A stretch of DNA of 63,769 bases, the filler included, from Octopus bimaculoides (taxonomy: Eukaryota): NCBI RefSeq assembly GCF_001194135.2. It is 5 parts of 5 records of this genome, joined end to end, with 100 filler letters (N's around TTAATTAATTAA, not from the genome) between each part and the next. Parts side by side here need not be neighbours in the genome. Positions count along the whole stretch, not along the records: positions 62,199 to 63,769 come from NC_068996.1; 4 more parts are not named here. One strand, given 5' to 3'. Of the stretch, positions 62,978-63,769 are shown one piece after another; the first letter of the stretch is position 1; each line of letters begins with the position of its first letter. The translations under genes and the position numbers were made by a program. A model generated the notes under the pieces. That model had not been told where the DNA came from. It did no database searches and saw nothing but the letters and a program-made list of their open reading frames with translations.

Positions 62978-63700
62978 CAGGGTGCGATGGGTAAACAGTC
63001 GTCATTGTATATTTTTTATTTCATGCATGCACATTGTTTGCTTTTGATTTTGTGGACTACACAATATAGTAGGGTCAGCTGGGCACTGTCTGTGAGAAAA
63101 CAGCACCATGATGCAATTTACTCTGCTAGAGATTTGGAAAGAACATGCTGTACTACTTGGCATTAACACCAGAAGCTCCAATACGAACAGATGGTGAACA
63201 CACAGGAGAGCCATTGGCTTTCCATATCCCTAAAACATGTACTGAGAGTGATAAAACATCCAGTCAACACCATGGTGTTCGGAGTGAACACTTCCTACAT
63301 AGCCTCAGACTCAACACAGAAGCCTAGATCAAGTGCCTGGAGAAGGTACTGCTACTCTGGGTTAAGAGGGTGGCTGCTGGAAGACCCTATGTCTGGCAAC
63401 AGGACTCTGCATCATGCCAAACAAGCAGCAGAACCCAGTCATGGCTGTCAGATAATTTTTGCAAACACATTACCCCTAACATCTGGTCACCTAACTCCCC
63501 AGAGTGCAGCCCCCTTGATTATTATTTGTGGGGTGCAGTTGAGCGAGAGATGAACAAAATTCCTTGTAACACTAAAGATGATCTGAAGGCAAGGATTATG
63601 GCAGCATTAACCAACTTAAACCATCCAGAAGAGTTGCAGGAGATTCCAAAGTCGTCTGGAGTCTGTGGTTGAAGCCAATGGCAATTTTATTGAATAAATT
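62978..63700 (+). mobile_element. Decayed Tc1/mariner transposon, DD37D (maT-like) transposase pseudogene
   Basis: TA|CAGGGTG end; frame WQQDSA...WSPNSPECSPLDYYLWG with 37 residues between the second and third Asp (63403 and 63517); frameshifts, stops and an internal deletion. Confidence 0.85.
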
Positions 63701-63724
63701 TACTCTTTAGTATGTATATATACA

Positions 63725-63769
<45 letters not shown>

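Overview
Animal genomic DNA, AT-rich and packed with microsatellites and SINEs, with many N gaps. The repeat landscape suggests an octopus/cephalopod draft assembly (inference, no database check). The only convincing protein-coding content is an internal part of a very large multi-exon cadherin gene on the minus strand. I reconstructed 12 exons (19118-38946) with GT-AG junctions and matching phases, giving about 2,500 aa, about 24 extracellular cadherin (EC) repeats and a post-EC domain. No start, transmembrane segment or stop is visible, and some coding sequence is hidden in gaps. All these exons lie between two artificial scaffold joins (N44-TTAATTAATTAA-N44). The rest is tRNA-derived SINEs of at least four families, two decayed DD37D (maT-like) Tc1/mariner copies, a TA-flanked MITE, degenerate satellites and simple repeats. 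The most notable item is a roughly 390-bp element at 9601-9990. On the minus strand it reads: 73-nt tRNA-like Pol III head, (AAT)n, an intact minimal type I hammerhead ribozyme, then a tail. It is abutted by an inverted, truncated copy of its own 3' end, the architecture typical of Penelope-like-element insertions. Several decayed hammerhead-like motifs occur elsewhere. Repeat boundaries are approximate; exon boundaries were read base by base.
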